This document shows, piece by piece, positions 12,909 through 24,642 of a stretch of 64,000 nt of DNA (the first letter of the stretch is position 1; every line of letters begins with the position of its first letter). Below the pieces are notes generated by a model, which was not told where the DNA came from, did not search any database, and saw nothing but the letters and a program-made list of their open reading frames with translations. Source of the DNA: Aplysia californica (taxonomy: Eukaryota); assembly GCF_000002075.1 (NCBI RefSeq), contig NW_004797316.1:190201-254200 (forward strand), written 5' to 3'. Both the position numbers and the translations under genes were made by a program.

Positions 12909-13834
12909 CTCACTTGCGACTGGGCCCTTTCACCAGTCACAAGCGTTGAAGACTGGCGTTTTTGGGGGTATTTCAATAAATCACCACAACTCACAGAATT
13001 ACCCTATTGTAATTATTTTTTGACACAGTAAAGTAACATTCAAGCTTAATGTAATACAAAAAACTAAAGTTGTCTACGTCTAATACTTTAATTTGTATGA
13101 TTTTTAAAAAATTGGCATGAATTTGATTTTCCGAAAAATTTCCAGAGACGTGACAAGTAGAATGAAATTCACTACAACAACAAAAATAAAAGTTCAAAGT
13201 GTTCTGGTTTGATTTGTATACATGTGCGAGTGTTTGGTGAAAATATAAAAGCTGGTCTGTGCATTGATTCAGACCCATACACTGAATTACATGAGACAGA
13301 TGTACGGCACGACGTTGTGATTTCGTTGCGCGAAAAACAACACCGGTACTAGTGCTAGATCTAGCCCTAGAACTACGACTCGGGCCGTGTTCGGGTACAT
13401 ATCCAGGATCCTAACTATTAGACACATCATATTCTGAGACACTAGAACTAGTAAAACGTACAGAAATATAGAAAACGGCGAAATTATGTGATTCTTGTTC
13501 ATGCGACTTCTTCGACTGTTACTACGACGCGACTGTCGGATTACTATCAGCTGTATAGAAAAAAACAAAGCGCGAGTTCCGGTCTGTTCAACCCCAGTTG
13601 GGGTCACTGTCCTTCACCTTCAATAACTTAAAAACTACTGGCCCCAGAGATATGAAACGAAGTCTAAGTAGCTCAGGCTTGGCCAAACAAGGGTACGAGG
13701 CGGGTCTCGCGATCCGTGCATGATTTGTAGAGCAAAAAAAAAAATTCCAAAGTTGGTCACGTAGGGCTTGTGAGACCCGTCGCGAGCGTTGCGGCGGGGG
13801 TCACGCAACTGTTGTGTGAGCCGTCTGAAGTGAG
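12909..13834. mobile_element. piggyBac-type non-autonomous element
   Basis: TTAA|ctcactt...aagtgag|TTAA; excising it restores ..aagaaagatgca, matching the upstream duplicate at ~12600. Confidence 0.75.
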
Positions 13835-14096
13835 TTAAGAAAGATGCAGGACTGGGAAAGTGATACTAAAACTCTTTAATTCTAGAGATCAACTCTTGTA
13901 GCAAGAAACAGGTAGTCAGGTAATCCAAATAATGGGTGTCAGGTATGCATCCCCAAATAAAGACTTCCTATTTACAATAATTACCTTCATAAACTGCAGA
14001 GACACCAGTGATAACATGGCAACCAGATTCTCTGTCCATTAAGAAAAACCTTGTTCATTTGCATGCTTACACCACACTTCACATATGTCTTTCCAG

Positions 14097-14218
14097 CTGT
14101 TGGGGCTTGCCGGCCAAACTGGGCAGAGCTGGACCCTCAGCTCATGCAGAACTCTGTTGTGTATGCCGACAGTCGAGAAGGTGCCATGAGTGAGAGCGGA
14201 GACGTTATCATGTCGAAA
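14097..14218 (+). CDS. CRYM: CRYM exon
   Basis: gtctttccag|..|gtaagt, 122 nt; AVGACRPNWAELDPQLMQNSVVYADSREGAMSESGDVIMSK. Confidence 0.95.
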
Positions 14219-14527
14219 GTAAGTGTTGTAGTCATGTGTACTGGACAGGGAGTTTGTCTTTTTTTTTTTCTCTTTTCCTAGCTAGATTTTAGATATATAT
14301 TCAGTCACATCCTTTACTTTCCCAAACCAGGTTTTAACTCTTTAACTTTCAGAATGAATCTTACATGATGTAATGTGGAAATAACCCATTATGGGGCTGA
14401 TCGATTGAGGATATGTCCTGAAAGGGTTAACCCAGATAAAAGCTCCAGACTTTTAAAAGAATTTAAGCAGTGACACAGCCAGTCATCAGTTTTGTGTACA
14501 ATTTCAATAGTAGTTTCGATTGTTTAA

Positions 14528-15086
14528 CCCTTCACTGTTACAATCTTTTATGGATCTGCCAAGGGGGGAAACGAGTCATATTGTACTGTTGCCACTGAAA
14601 TTGCCAATTCCTCACTTGTTGGGGATAGTAGATGGAGTCCTGAATTTTCTCAGGATAATAGAAAAAGCCTATTGATGTTACTTTGTGAAATACATGTGGC
14701 TAGTGTTAATTAAAAATGTTTCAATCAGTTGGTCATTTTTTAAAACCCATTTTGAGCTAAACTAGATTTCCCGTCATGTTGCCACACCAGCTTTGACGGG
14801 CTTTCCCACTGTAGAACCATACTGGCTTTTACCGGCCTGACACACCAGCCTTTAGTGCATGTTTAGAAATACGAACATTAAGCTCTACTTTTAGATGCTG
14901 ATGTCTTGGGTCCTTGTTGTATGTGAACTTTCATTGAAATATGTTTCTTGGATCAAAAGCAAAAATAATTTCTTTGCTACACCTCCTGAACCTCTGTAAA
15001 ACACTGAAATAATCTGGTTCTGGGAAGCTATCAGCTGGCCGTCATTTTGGTTCTGCTGTGCTGACCTATTTATGGTGCTAAGAGGG
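14528..15086. mobile_element. Degenerate piggyBac-type MITE
   Basis: TTAA|ccct...aggg|TTAA; TIR short. Confidence 0.4.
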
Positions 15087-15130
15087 TTAACCCTCAGATT
15101 CTATTTTTAGAAATGAATGCCTACTGTGTT

Positions 15131-15938
15131 GGAAGTGTCTACGTTCTCTAACATTAGAGAACGTATACAAGCTGTCTACGTTCTCTAACGTTCAGTGCTT
15201 CCAATTTTCCGCCATTTTTTAAAGTTTCCTCCAGACGTCATCTGCCGATCCGATGCCCGTCGCCTCATTGATATCTCTCCCCCCCCCCCCATGTTTCCGA
15301 CTTTCTCACTTTCTTTGTTATAGAAGTTGTCAACATCTTGATCTATGTTGTTGCTTTTCCTGGCAAATTTTTTTTGCTTGTTTTTTTTGGGGGGGGGGGG
15401 GGGTTTTCTTCTTCTTCTCCTCCTCCCGATTGACCAACAATTTCCCCCAAAGTTATAATTTGATGCTTTGTAATTTCTTAGGTAGTGATGAAGCATGCAA
15501 ATTCTGGTTTTGTCCCCAAGAGGAGCTTTTATCAACTAAGTATAGGCCTACTTTTCCTTTTACCAATTTACGCCTGGTTAAAGTACATTTTCAACAGTGG
15601 CTTTCCTTGGTCTGTGAGTCTAAATTTTTACATTTATTTTAAAATCAGAGAGGCCAAATCTTAGCTCTTCAATTGCAAATTTTCTTTATCCAGGGCCCTC
15701 CTGCGGCCCCCAGACCCCTGCCAATTGTTCCTCCTGCCAATTATTATTCGTCCTTGTTGCGGGTCCGGGGGCAAATTGTTGGTCAGTAAGGAGAAGGAGA
15801 GGAAAAAAAACAACAACCAAAAAACCCCCCCCAAAGTTTCCGGAACCGGGATTCGATGCCACGCTTGGAAGCACTGAGCATTAGAGAACGTAGACAGCTT
15901 GTATACGTCCTTTAACATTAGAGAATGTAGACACTACC
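15131..15938. mobile_element. Mutator (MULE)-type non-autonomous element
   Basis: ~70-bp internally repetitive TIR (gtctacgttctctaac); exact 10-bp TSD ctactgtgtt at 15121-15130 and 15939-15948. Confidence 0.85.
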
Positions 15939-16140
15939 CTACTGTGTTTAAAAAAACTTTTGCTATAACCGTTAATGGTAACTGCGTGAGCCTGCCCATT
16001 TTAAGAAGTAATCTACTCTGGTTTGCTTAAAAAAATATCCAGTCGTTTATAGCATACAAGTAATGATAGAACTTTCTTATGAGCTGCTCTTGAAATGCTT
16101 TGATAAACTATGCTTACATGTGCTGAAAGTAGCTTATCCT

Positions 16141-16384
16141 TATATCCGTACGCCCTGGGGTAATTGTGTACCCCCGGGGTTGTATTCTTCACATTTTTAG
16201 AATACTTCTAGTAGGAAGATCTCTTTGAAACTTTCAGTACTTCTCAACAAATTTTGACAGACTGCCATGGAAAGTGCACGGATCGGATTAACAAGTAAAT
16301 TTCCTCTTTGGAAAGTGTTGGCACAGAGTTCCCCACGTCGTATAGATACGATAGTAAAACACGATGTACGATAGGGCATTAGGG
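16141..16384. mobile_element. piggyBac-type MITE, same family as 5737-5976
   Basis: Colinear internal sequence; ends ..ggg|TTAA; left end degenerate. Confidence 0.7.
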
Positions 16385-17185
16385 TTAAAAACTCTAGTTC
16401 ATAAGCAGAATTATATTCCTCGTGAAATCTTCAAGCGTGACACATGCAGTCTACAAACTTTTGAATTTATGCGTTTGATGTGTAAGCTTCAGTCATGTAG
16501 ACTGTGTAGAAGACAGTGCCCATATCAATGAAAATTGGGCATTAATGAGTCAGTGATGATAATCTGAAGCAAATCGTTTGACAGGTGTCCTGTATTTGCC
16601 TTCTTTATTCTTGGCATGTGTTCTTGTCTTTAAGTTTAAGGGCCCTCTTTTGGTATGAAATCTAAAAGTGACACGATAGACTTCACTAAATTGGTCATTC
16701 ACTCAAAACAAGTGAACCTGTTTTGATAGTTCTTCTTCTAATAAATGAACTCCAGGTAAAAGAGACCTGTTTTCAGCAATTGCCAAAATGTAATGTGATG
16801 TCGAAGTCGTTGTAGAGGAATGTACCAGAGCAACTGGCAGCGTATCAACGGCTCCGATAGAAATAGATCAGCGGTTCCGATAGAAATAGTTCATACTTTT
16901 TAAAATACTATTATACTTTACCTTTTACAGTCTAGATTTGCATACAGTACTCCTTATCTACGCTGTTTTAAGGCCATGTTGGCAGCTACTCTGAGATGAA
17001 AGCAGTAACCAGGTTATTTCTGACAAGTGGTCTTGTTTTTGTGCCAAAAAGCGATGATTACAAAAAAATTGCTTTCTAAATGTTATGATTCTATTATTAT
17101 TCACCTATAGGCTGCATTCAACTGAAACTGTACCCAACATTTAGCTCCACACCCTTTATTGTGGTACCCACTTTTCTGCTTGCAG

Positions 17186-17270
17186 GCTACGATCCATGCT
17201 GAAATTGGAGAAATGGTCAACGACCCAACACTTGCGAGGCCTGCTGAGACAACTGTGTTCAAGTCTCTTG
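17186..17270 (+). CDS. CRYM: CRYM exon
   Basis: ctgcttgcag|..|gtaagc, 85 nt; ATIHAEIGEMVNDPTLARPAETTVFKSL(G). Confidence 0.93.
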
Positions 17271-17542
17271 GTAAGCTCGTATACAGTATTCATTTGTGGA
17301 ATTCGTACAACTTTTTAAAAATAGTAATTTTATTCTTGTGGCCAGTGACTGTAACTCTGTAAGATTTTTTTGTCTCGTGTGAGTCTTGTTGATGACCTGC
17401 TGGAGGCAAAGAAGTTACTTTTTAGTTATCCCTGAATGACCCATGTTCTTTGGCTCCTTTTGGATTGACTACTAGATTTACACCATTGCATTCTGAAGTG
17501 TAAGTTTGTTAAACAAAGCGGTAAAATTAACGCTTGCTCAGA

Positions 17543-17897
17543 GTGGGTGGTTGGCGGGTGCTCTGGTATGGTTTGCTCCTTCTTTCCTGTCAAATATCTA
17601 TCATCATTATCTCCCCTCCTTTTTTGTTTCTCTCTCTTGTAACACTTCCAATGTGGGTGGTTGGCGGGTGCTCTGGTGTGGTTTGCTTCTTTTTTCCTAT
17701 GAGACATCTACCGTCCTTATGTCCCCTTCTTCTTTTTTATGTTTGTTTCTCTCTTGTAACACTTCTAATCTTCTGGCGCTCATATGACCTTATACAGTTG
17801 CGAGCGCCGTAAAACTCGTACAAAAACAAAAAACACCCCCAGTCTTCGGCACTTATATGACCTTATTGTGTTGCAAGTGCCGTAAAACACATACTAA
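17543..17897 (+). mobile_element. Short retroposon family C (no tRNA head), composite with duplicated body and tail
   Basis: Two starts gtgggtggttggcgggtgc (17543, 17653) and two tails (~17775, ~17846); flanked by aa(c/a)gcttgc(t/c)caga. Confidence 0.7.
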
Positions 17898-18156
17898 AGC
17901 AAAGCTTGCCCAGACGTGCACTTGGGCCCTGTGGTTGAGACGGTATTGCTGAAGAATGCAGGAGTTTACATTTCACTTTAACTCACAGTCAATGTTGTAT
18001 TATGTAATAAATTTCCATGAATACTACTGGAACTACAGTTAAGATATCTTGCAAGTTCAGAGCTGCTCTCCCATTCGATTTTGCACATCAAATACAAATG
18101 CTGCCTCATCCAGGAATGCAAAATTGTATTTTTTGTCATCATTTGTCCATCCTCAG

Positions 18157-18218
18157 GTGTGGCTGTGGAGGATGCTTCAGCTGCCAAGATAGTAGTTGAT
18201 AAGTTAAAGATTCCTTGA
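18157..18218 (+). CDS. CRYM: CRYM terminal coding exon
   Basis: ccatcctcag| acceptor, phase fits; (G)VAVEDASAAKIVVDKLKIP*, cf. GMAVEDTVAAKLIYD; TGA at 18216-18218. Confidence 0.92.
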
Positions 18219-18223
18219 ATAAA
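18218..18223 (+). terminator. Candidate polyadenylation signal AATAAA overlapping the CRYM stop codon
   Basis: Sequence reads TGAATAAA; further AATAAA hexamers near 18303, 18582 and 20169. Confidence 0.4.
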
Positions 18224-19456
18224 AGCATTGCCTTTTTCAAGTTCCTGAGTTATTGAACTCGACTACTACAGGATAGAGTCTAGTCCATTGAAGTTTGCTT
18301 AAAAATAAAATTCACTAGGCCCCCTTATTTTAATACTCAGAGAGACTATGTTAGAGAGATATCAAGCCTGATATATTGATATATAATTATCCAATTTTTA
18401 GTACTTCCAGTGTTATGAATTAAATAATGTTTATAGAAGGCAGGATCTTAAGTGTTACCTGCTGCAGTTTTCTTTACCTGGTAATTAATCCAGCAGTTTG
18501 TGGATTTATGTTACACCACCACACAACTGCTTCAACATTAAATGCTAAAGGTGGTCAGATGCTTTCCCCATGGTTGCTATAAATAAAACCCCAAAGTCCA
18601 TCAAAGGTTCTTTACTTAAGAAAAACAGAAGGCAGTAGAGCATCCTTTTGTAGTACTTTCTTTGCAGGAATGGCTCAAACTCAAAACAAGGATACCTCGT
18701 TGTGATGGTTATCAAACAAGATGACCATGGTGACTAATTTAGTTCAGATGCCAGATCATGGCAAAACAGAAGTTGAAACAACTCTCAACCCTGAAATAGC
18801 GATCGGGTGAATGGGTTACAGTAGCTAAATTCTTAAAGAGAAATGGGACGAAAGTTTGATTTTTAAGTCTGTGATTTCATGTTAGGTGATTACCACTATA
18901 TTATTCAGATTTTTCTTAAATTTTTTTACGCATTCAGACCAAAGATCTGCATCTGTCGGCACCTTTCCGTCATACACAAGGACAAATTCTTTATCTCACC
19001 TTCTAGTTTTCAGTCCTAAGTCTCATGACCCTAAGTTGAAGGGAGTTGATGTCCATCCCCCTAGTTTGTTTTACAGCAGACTTAAAATTTCTACTGTCAA
19101 GTTTGGTGTAGCATAGCAAATTCAGCAGGTCAATTTTTTCAATCACGTTTTTTGTTGAAATGGTTGAATCTGATATATCACATTCTTACCCCTGGTCAAA
19201 TTTTGATGCTAATACATACCAAATATAATAGAATTTGACCCAACTTCTTCAATTCCCGAGAAATTACAAAAATAAACCAGTTGTGTGACCTCAATTTGCC
19301 CAAGGCAAAAAAAGAGACTTCATCAAATGAACATGATATGGTGTGGTAATGACACAATGGTCCCAGACAGCTACTGTCCATTATTCATGTGGATGGATGC
19401 GTGTCTTTGATCTGAATGTGCCTTTAAAATGCCCCAGTACTGTACTTGAGAATATA

Positions 19457-19884
19457 TGTGAGGCAGTGTGGTGAAATCAGGCACTCGTCAAAATAAGGAA
19501 ATCGGAGAAAAGGGCATTTTTCAGCCAGTTTTGGAATCAAATTTTTATATTTTAGCTTAACTTCTTTTATGTCCGTTTAAAACACATTTCCTTGTGAATT
19601 TTACTGAAAAACATTAATTAAAGGCACAAAATATGTCATTTTTCAGTTTTCAAAGACTCTTTGGCTCTTGGAGTTACCAAACTGTAGCGGCCATTTTCTC
19701 GCTATTTTCATCACTGAAACCAGGCGACAACACTTACTTCAATCGCAACTATCTTGATTTCTAGTTAAGATAAATGGATATAATTTCTTTGAAAGCACGG
19801 CAAATAGTTCAACTTTCGGATAATACCAATAACTCCACATGCCCAAAAATTGACGAGCGCCCGATTCCACCACGTTGTGACACA
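19457..19884. mobile_element. Unclassified TIR element, same family as 8240-8687
   Basis: tata|tgtgaggcagtgtggtgaaatcaggcactcgtcaa...ttgacgagcgcccgattccaccacgttgtgacaca|tata. Confidence 0.65.
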
Positions 19885-20580
19885 TATAATTTCATGGTCT
19901 TATACTTACTTTATAATGGTTATTATGATATTGTTCTATTGACAGCCATGAATAATTTTGTTCTTGAAGCTGTTGTTCTGTTTGTTTCAGTGTATTATAA
20001 ATGGAAATCCACAGACAATTTTACTTTTGAAGCAATTGTCCTGCTTTTTTAATACATTACTCAATGCACACAAGTTGTTCTGCACATGTTGACTGTATTC
20101 TAGCCATTTTACAGTTTGCCATAAAATTTACAGAATGCGTGTATGCAAAGATTGTATCCCGTGCTTTCAATAAAAGAAATTTTGAAAATGCCAAACACCA
20201 ATGTTGGTTTTTTTTCAGTCTTTTTTGTCTCAACATGGTCACAATCATGGTAATCATAAAAAGGCTAAGGTGGTCTTGAGGCCAGATTTATATATGATGC
20301 AAAACCAAAGAAAGTATGAATGAATGGCTTTATAGTTGAAAATAGTTTTAAAATTATCCATAAAATGTGTGTTTGTGTGTGTGTGTGTGAAATTGCATTC
20401 TATTGCATTTTGTGATTCAAAAATCATTTATAGCTTCAGTACTTTGAGAAATCTGGTTCATATTGTTAGTGTTAGATAAAGGTAAGTCACAGAAACAAAA
20501 TTTTGAGAAAAATGGCTGAAAAGCTTTAAAGTTTTCTTCTTTAATCTGGATAGAGTTCTTCTCCAAGTGATATTGATTAA

Positions 20581-23210
20581 CCTTTTCGTAGCACGGCGCT
20601 CCACGTTGGCGCGCTGTTTTTATATTACGTTGGAACGTAGCCCTCCTCTTTGGCGCGTGCTATTTCACAACCCTGGATTCACGTACTTGTGCATGCAACA
20701 AAAAGTTTGCTTTTCATTTTTCACTTTCAAACTTTCAAAAAGTATTCAGATACCATTTTGGAATTGTTTCTTGCTGTCAGAAATTGAGTGGCTTGAACAC
20801 TTTTCAATTTACAGTCGAATTTCTGAGGTCACTTTCCAGAGCGTTCCCGAGACCGTTTTCATACGATACGCTGAAAGTTGTGGCGCTAAGACGGATGCTG
20901 AGAAGACTCACTCTCAAAGGAGTCACAGATTCTATATATACATATACATAGAAAGGTCCGATGATGAAGATGATTTTGAAAGGATGAGGATACTATGCCG
21001 GTTGACTATAAAGCAGAACCGTCAAAATTTACCTAAGATTTAAGAAGCAACCAGTAGTGAATCAAGTATACGTGAGATTAGAATGCATAGACACAGATGA
21101 TGAGATGATGGATGATAGGACTGACCGGTTTTTGAAATTACGATATGGCGACGGATATACTGTATAGCTGTAAAGGAGAGTATAGAAAGACAAAAAAAAT
21201 GAACAAGAATAAGTGGAGGTATTAGAATATAAAATGCTGCGGGCTCGAAACACAAACAACATTCACCGCGTTTCTCAGTTTACTGGTACATGTATTTGGT
21301 GGAATCAAAGTCTCACAACCCAAACAACCGTTTGCATCAGACATTTGTATGATTTACTGGCTGGTCATTACAGAGGAGGTAATAAACTTTTATAAAACTA
21401 AAACAAAACGACAAGATGTGGAAAGGATCAATGGCAAAGATCTGCAAACCTTGGCAAGTCGTTTACGTTGCAAAACCAAGAAACCAGATAATCTTGTAGA
21501 AATGGAAGGATTCTTTGTTATCTATTTTCGTTCACATGGGTATGCTCAAGATATTGACTCTCTACGACCGCTGACCTTGAAACCCAGGTTGCACTTATCT
21601 TTCTGCTGCATAATGATGTACACGCAAAGAAAAGGGTTCTTGACAGCTCTCTCTTCTCGTTTCATATGTCAAACAGCATAGCACAAGTGCACCACGGAGA
21701 GCTTTATCATGACATAAAGATGAAGCATTTAATTTATCCCGAATCTACAGGAGAAAGTTTTTTTTTTAAACTTGTGAAAACCGTAACAGGACTTTGTATT
21801 GACGAAATCATGGTGTATTTCAAAGGACGTTCCCGATCCAAGGTTTATCTGAAGGATAAACCCACCAATGCAGAATTCAAACCTAGTGAAGAGAAAAGCA
21901 GGGTACGTCTCTGTTCTCTAGTGCATCTGTGTCAAAAGACGAATCAGCGTTTTTCTTTGCTAAAAAAACAAAACAAAAGAAAGAACCACTTTGGAATGTG
22001 TTAGGTTTGAAGGCTTGAGGGAAGTGGAAACTTAGCAGGTTTTGGAAGTGTATAAATCAGCCCTGCTTTTGAAAAGGTGCAGGAGTTCCGACTCAGGACC
22101 CACTCAACATACTACCCAATGCTACAAACAGCACAGTGGTTGAGTGAGATAATGGCATCATAAACATGAAAGGGTATTTATTGGCATCTTTTTGTGCTAT
22201 AAAATCGAAACTTCTGCTTGTGCCATCTTGAGTGAGAGAAATGAAAAGCTGAAGAGGCCAACGGGCTTGGGTACAATTGGTTCTATACATGTAATATGAG
22301 GAACAAACAAAATAGTACGCTTTCTAATTGGCCACAGAAACTTAATGGAAGATTGTTTTCCTCCTAGACTACAGAGATTTAGACAGGTTTGCTTTGTCGG
22401 TGGATTGCCCGATTTTGTGAGTTTGAAAGAGGAACTGTCAATGTCATTGGGACAAGTGCAGGTGACCAAAAGGGGCCTAGGAAAATGGCTCTTTTTCTCC
22501 AAAACTCGACCTGGCAGATATTGCAATAAGACTCCATTATTACTGGCTCCCTTCCGAATTGGAAAAACTTATTGTACCCTAAGTAGAGTCTTTGAAGTGC
22601 CACCTAGTTGCTTTACTTTGAGTCAGACTATACTATCGAAGGCTTTCCAGTCTACTCTGTAATAATGTTTGTTCTTCAATTTTTTTGTTCTGTTTCCCTT
22701 TCTTCTCTCCTACACTCATCTTTGCAAAATTCAGGATTGGCAAACCCAGAGAATTTTTTGAAGGAACACAGAAAAACAATCATTATCGATTTTGACTTTA
22801 GAAAGAAGCATTAGCAAATTGTGTTCCGGTGGATCAACATTCATGAATCTTAACTCATGTCTCTTTACGTGCAATAGCAAAGAGTTTCGCGATATCACCA
22901 CTAATGTCAGGAGAGAGAGAGGAGAGAGAGAGAGAGAGGCAGAGAGACATAGGTAGAGAGAGGAGAGAACAGACATTATTATTTGGTATAGAAGTTAGAC
23001 GCTTCGCTCCCGCTTGCTGAATAGATTACCCGAATTCTATTCCTGAGTGGGGAGAAAATTTCTATCAAGTACCTCGGTCTTTCTTCTGAGATGTTGGATT
23101 CCTTTTAACCCTCGTTGACCCTGACAGGCATGGTCGGAAGCCCGCCTTCTTAAAGATTTAAATAATGTCGGGGGGGGGGGGGGGTGTAAAGCTTCTACAG
23201 TTACATTTCA

Positions 23211-23243
<33 letters not shown>

Positions 23244-24642
23244 GATAGGGTAGGGGGAAGAGGAAGAGGGAGAGAGAGAGAGAGAACCTTGTCTCTCTTT
23301 CAACTTTTCAAACGTAGGAACTTCAAGTCAAGGAACATAATTCCGGTTTCAAAGAGAGGAGAAATGCCTTTTCGTTATTCACTTTATTAACAAAACATGT
23401 CCGGCGTAGATAATTCAGGTGAACAAATTTCATACTTTTCCTTCTTCCTTCCTTTTTTTTTTTGTTTGGTAAGTATCTTACGGCGCTCGCAGATGCACAA
23501 GGTCTTTGGCGCGCAGGACACATTTTCAGTTTGGTAGGAATTAATTTTGAATCTTGCCCAGGGAGTGGCTGCAGCCTCCTCTTATCGATTTTAGGATCAC
23601 CAATGGATCTTTAACGTGCACAACCTGCACACGGGATCCCTGAGTATTTTTCGTCCTTATCTGAGAAGACTAGGTGTTAGATCTTACCTACCCTGCGATC
23701 AGGGGTGTGGCTGAAAGACAGCAGTAAGAAAGAGCCAAGGAGAAGCAGTAGAAAGGCAGCAGAAAGAGTCCAAGAGGAGTAGGCAAAGGGGTAGAGCGTG
23801 GATAGGGCAGAAAGTGGAGACAAAATCAGACGCAAGAACAAGATCAGAGTAGGAAAGAAGGCGAAAGGATACTTTTTTTCAGAGAAGAACATTTTCCGTC
23901 GCCGTCAGGTTTCGAACACGGGATCTAAAAAATGAGAGGAGAACCCGCATTTTCCTTCAGGCGGAAGTTGATGAAGTGTTGGAACTACTTGGTAACATCT
24001 AGATTTATTCTTGAGAAAACGCCCAGCAGGAACAGAGGGCAAATGTACTCAAGCTGGTGGATGGGATCATGGGGTCCAGTAAATCTGACACTATTACTTT
24101 GCAACATTCCTAACTATGAAAGGGGCATGTTCTCAAAGAGTGTCAGTAGGTTGAAAACAACACCATGGAAACAGAACCTTTAGGTGGCAGTAGGAAATGC
24201 GTGCAGAGCTGGGATGTCAGCAGTGAACAGAAAATGCCAAAAGAAAATGACATTGCACTGGGGCTCAAATTGCAAAGTTGCACTCTACCCTGGCTGCTTT
24301 GAGGTGTACAACTCAACTCTGAACTGAAAGAAGCAGCTGACTCACCCGATGTTTGAGTATATAGAGCTGTTCATAAAGCTGCTCACAAAAGCACATTTTT
24401 CACTCGTCAGGTTGAATTTTCTATTGATTTTAGTTGAATTATATTTATCATGGATCACAACTGTCTGAGCAGGCGCTAAGATCATTGAAGAAACACCATT
24501 GAACTGTTTAATGTGTGTATCGGGGTTTAGAATTTGTTTTGAAAACTTCTCTTTTTTTCAGCCCCATACGCTCTTTAGTACAGTTGAAAACTTTTGTCAA
24601 AGAAAGTGAATGTGGTCCTAAAAGCCGCACAATGTGAAAAGG
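20581..24642 (+). mobile_element. Decayed piggyBac transposon with nested insertions
   Basis: TTAA|ccttttc...gaaaagg|TTAA; transposase remnant LCIDEIMVYFKGRSRSKVYLKDKPT, FSFRRKL, and Cys-rich end (NCKVALYPGCFEVYN) at ~24200-24325; many stops and frameshifts. Confidence 0.8.
23478..23925 (-). mobile_element. SINE family A copy inside the piggyBac relic
   Basis: B-box remnant gtgttcgaaacc, gcacgttaaagatcc core, shared tail. Confidence 0.7.

Noticed and set aside
18925-19423. Possible Kolobok-like element
   Set aside because: Inverted match is partial and TTAA is present on one side only.
20567-22004. Domesticated PGBD gene
   Set aside because: Multiple stops and frameshifts, missing core, terminal TTAA/TIR structure retained.
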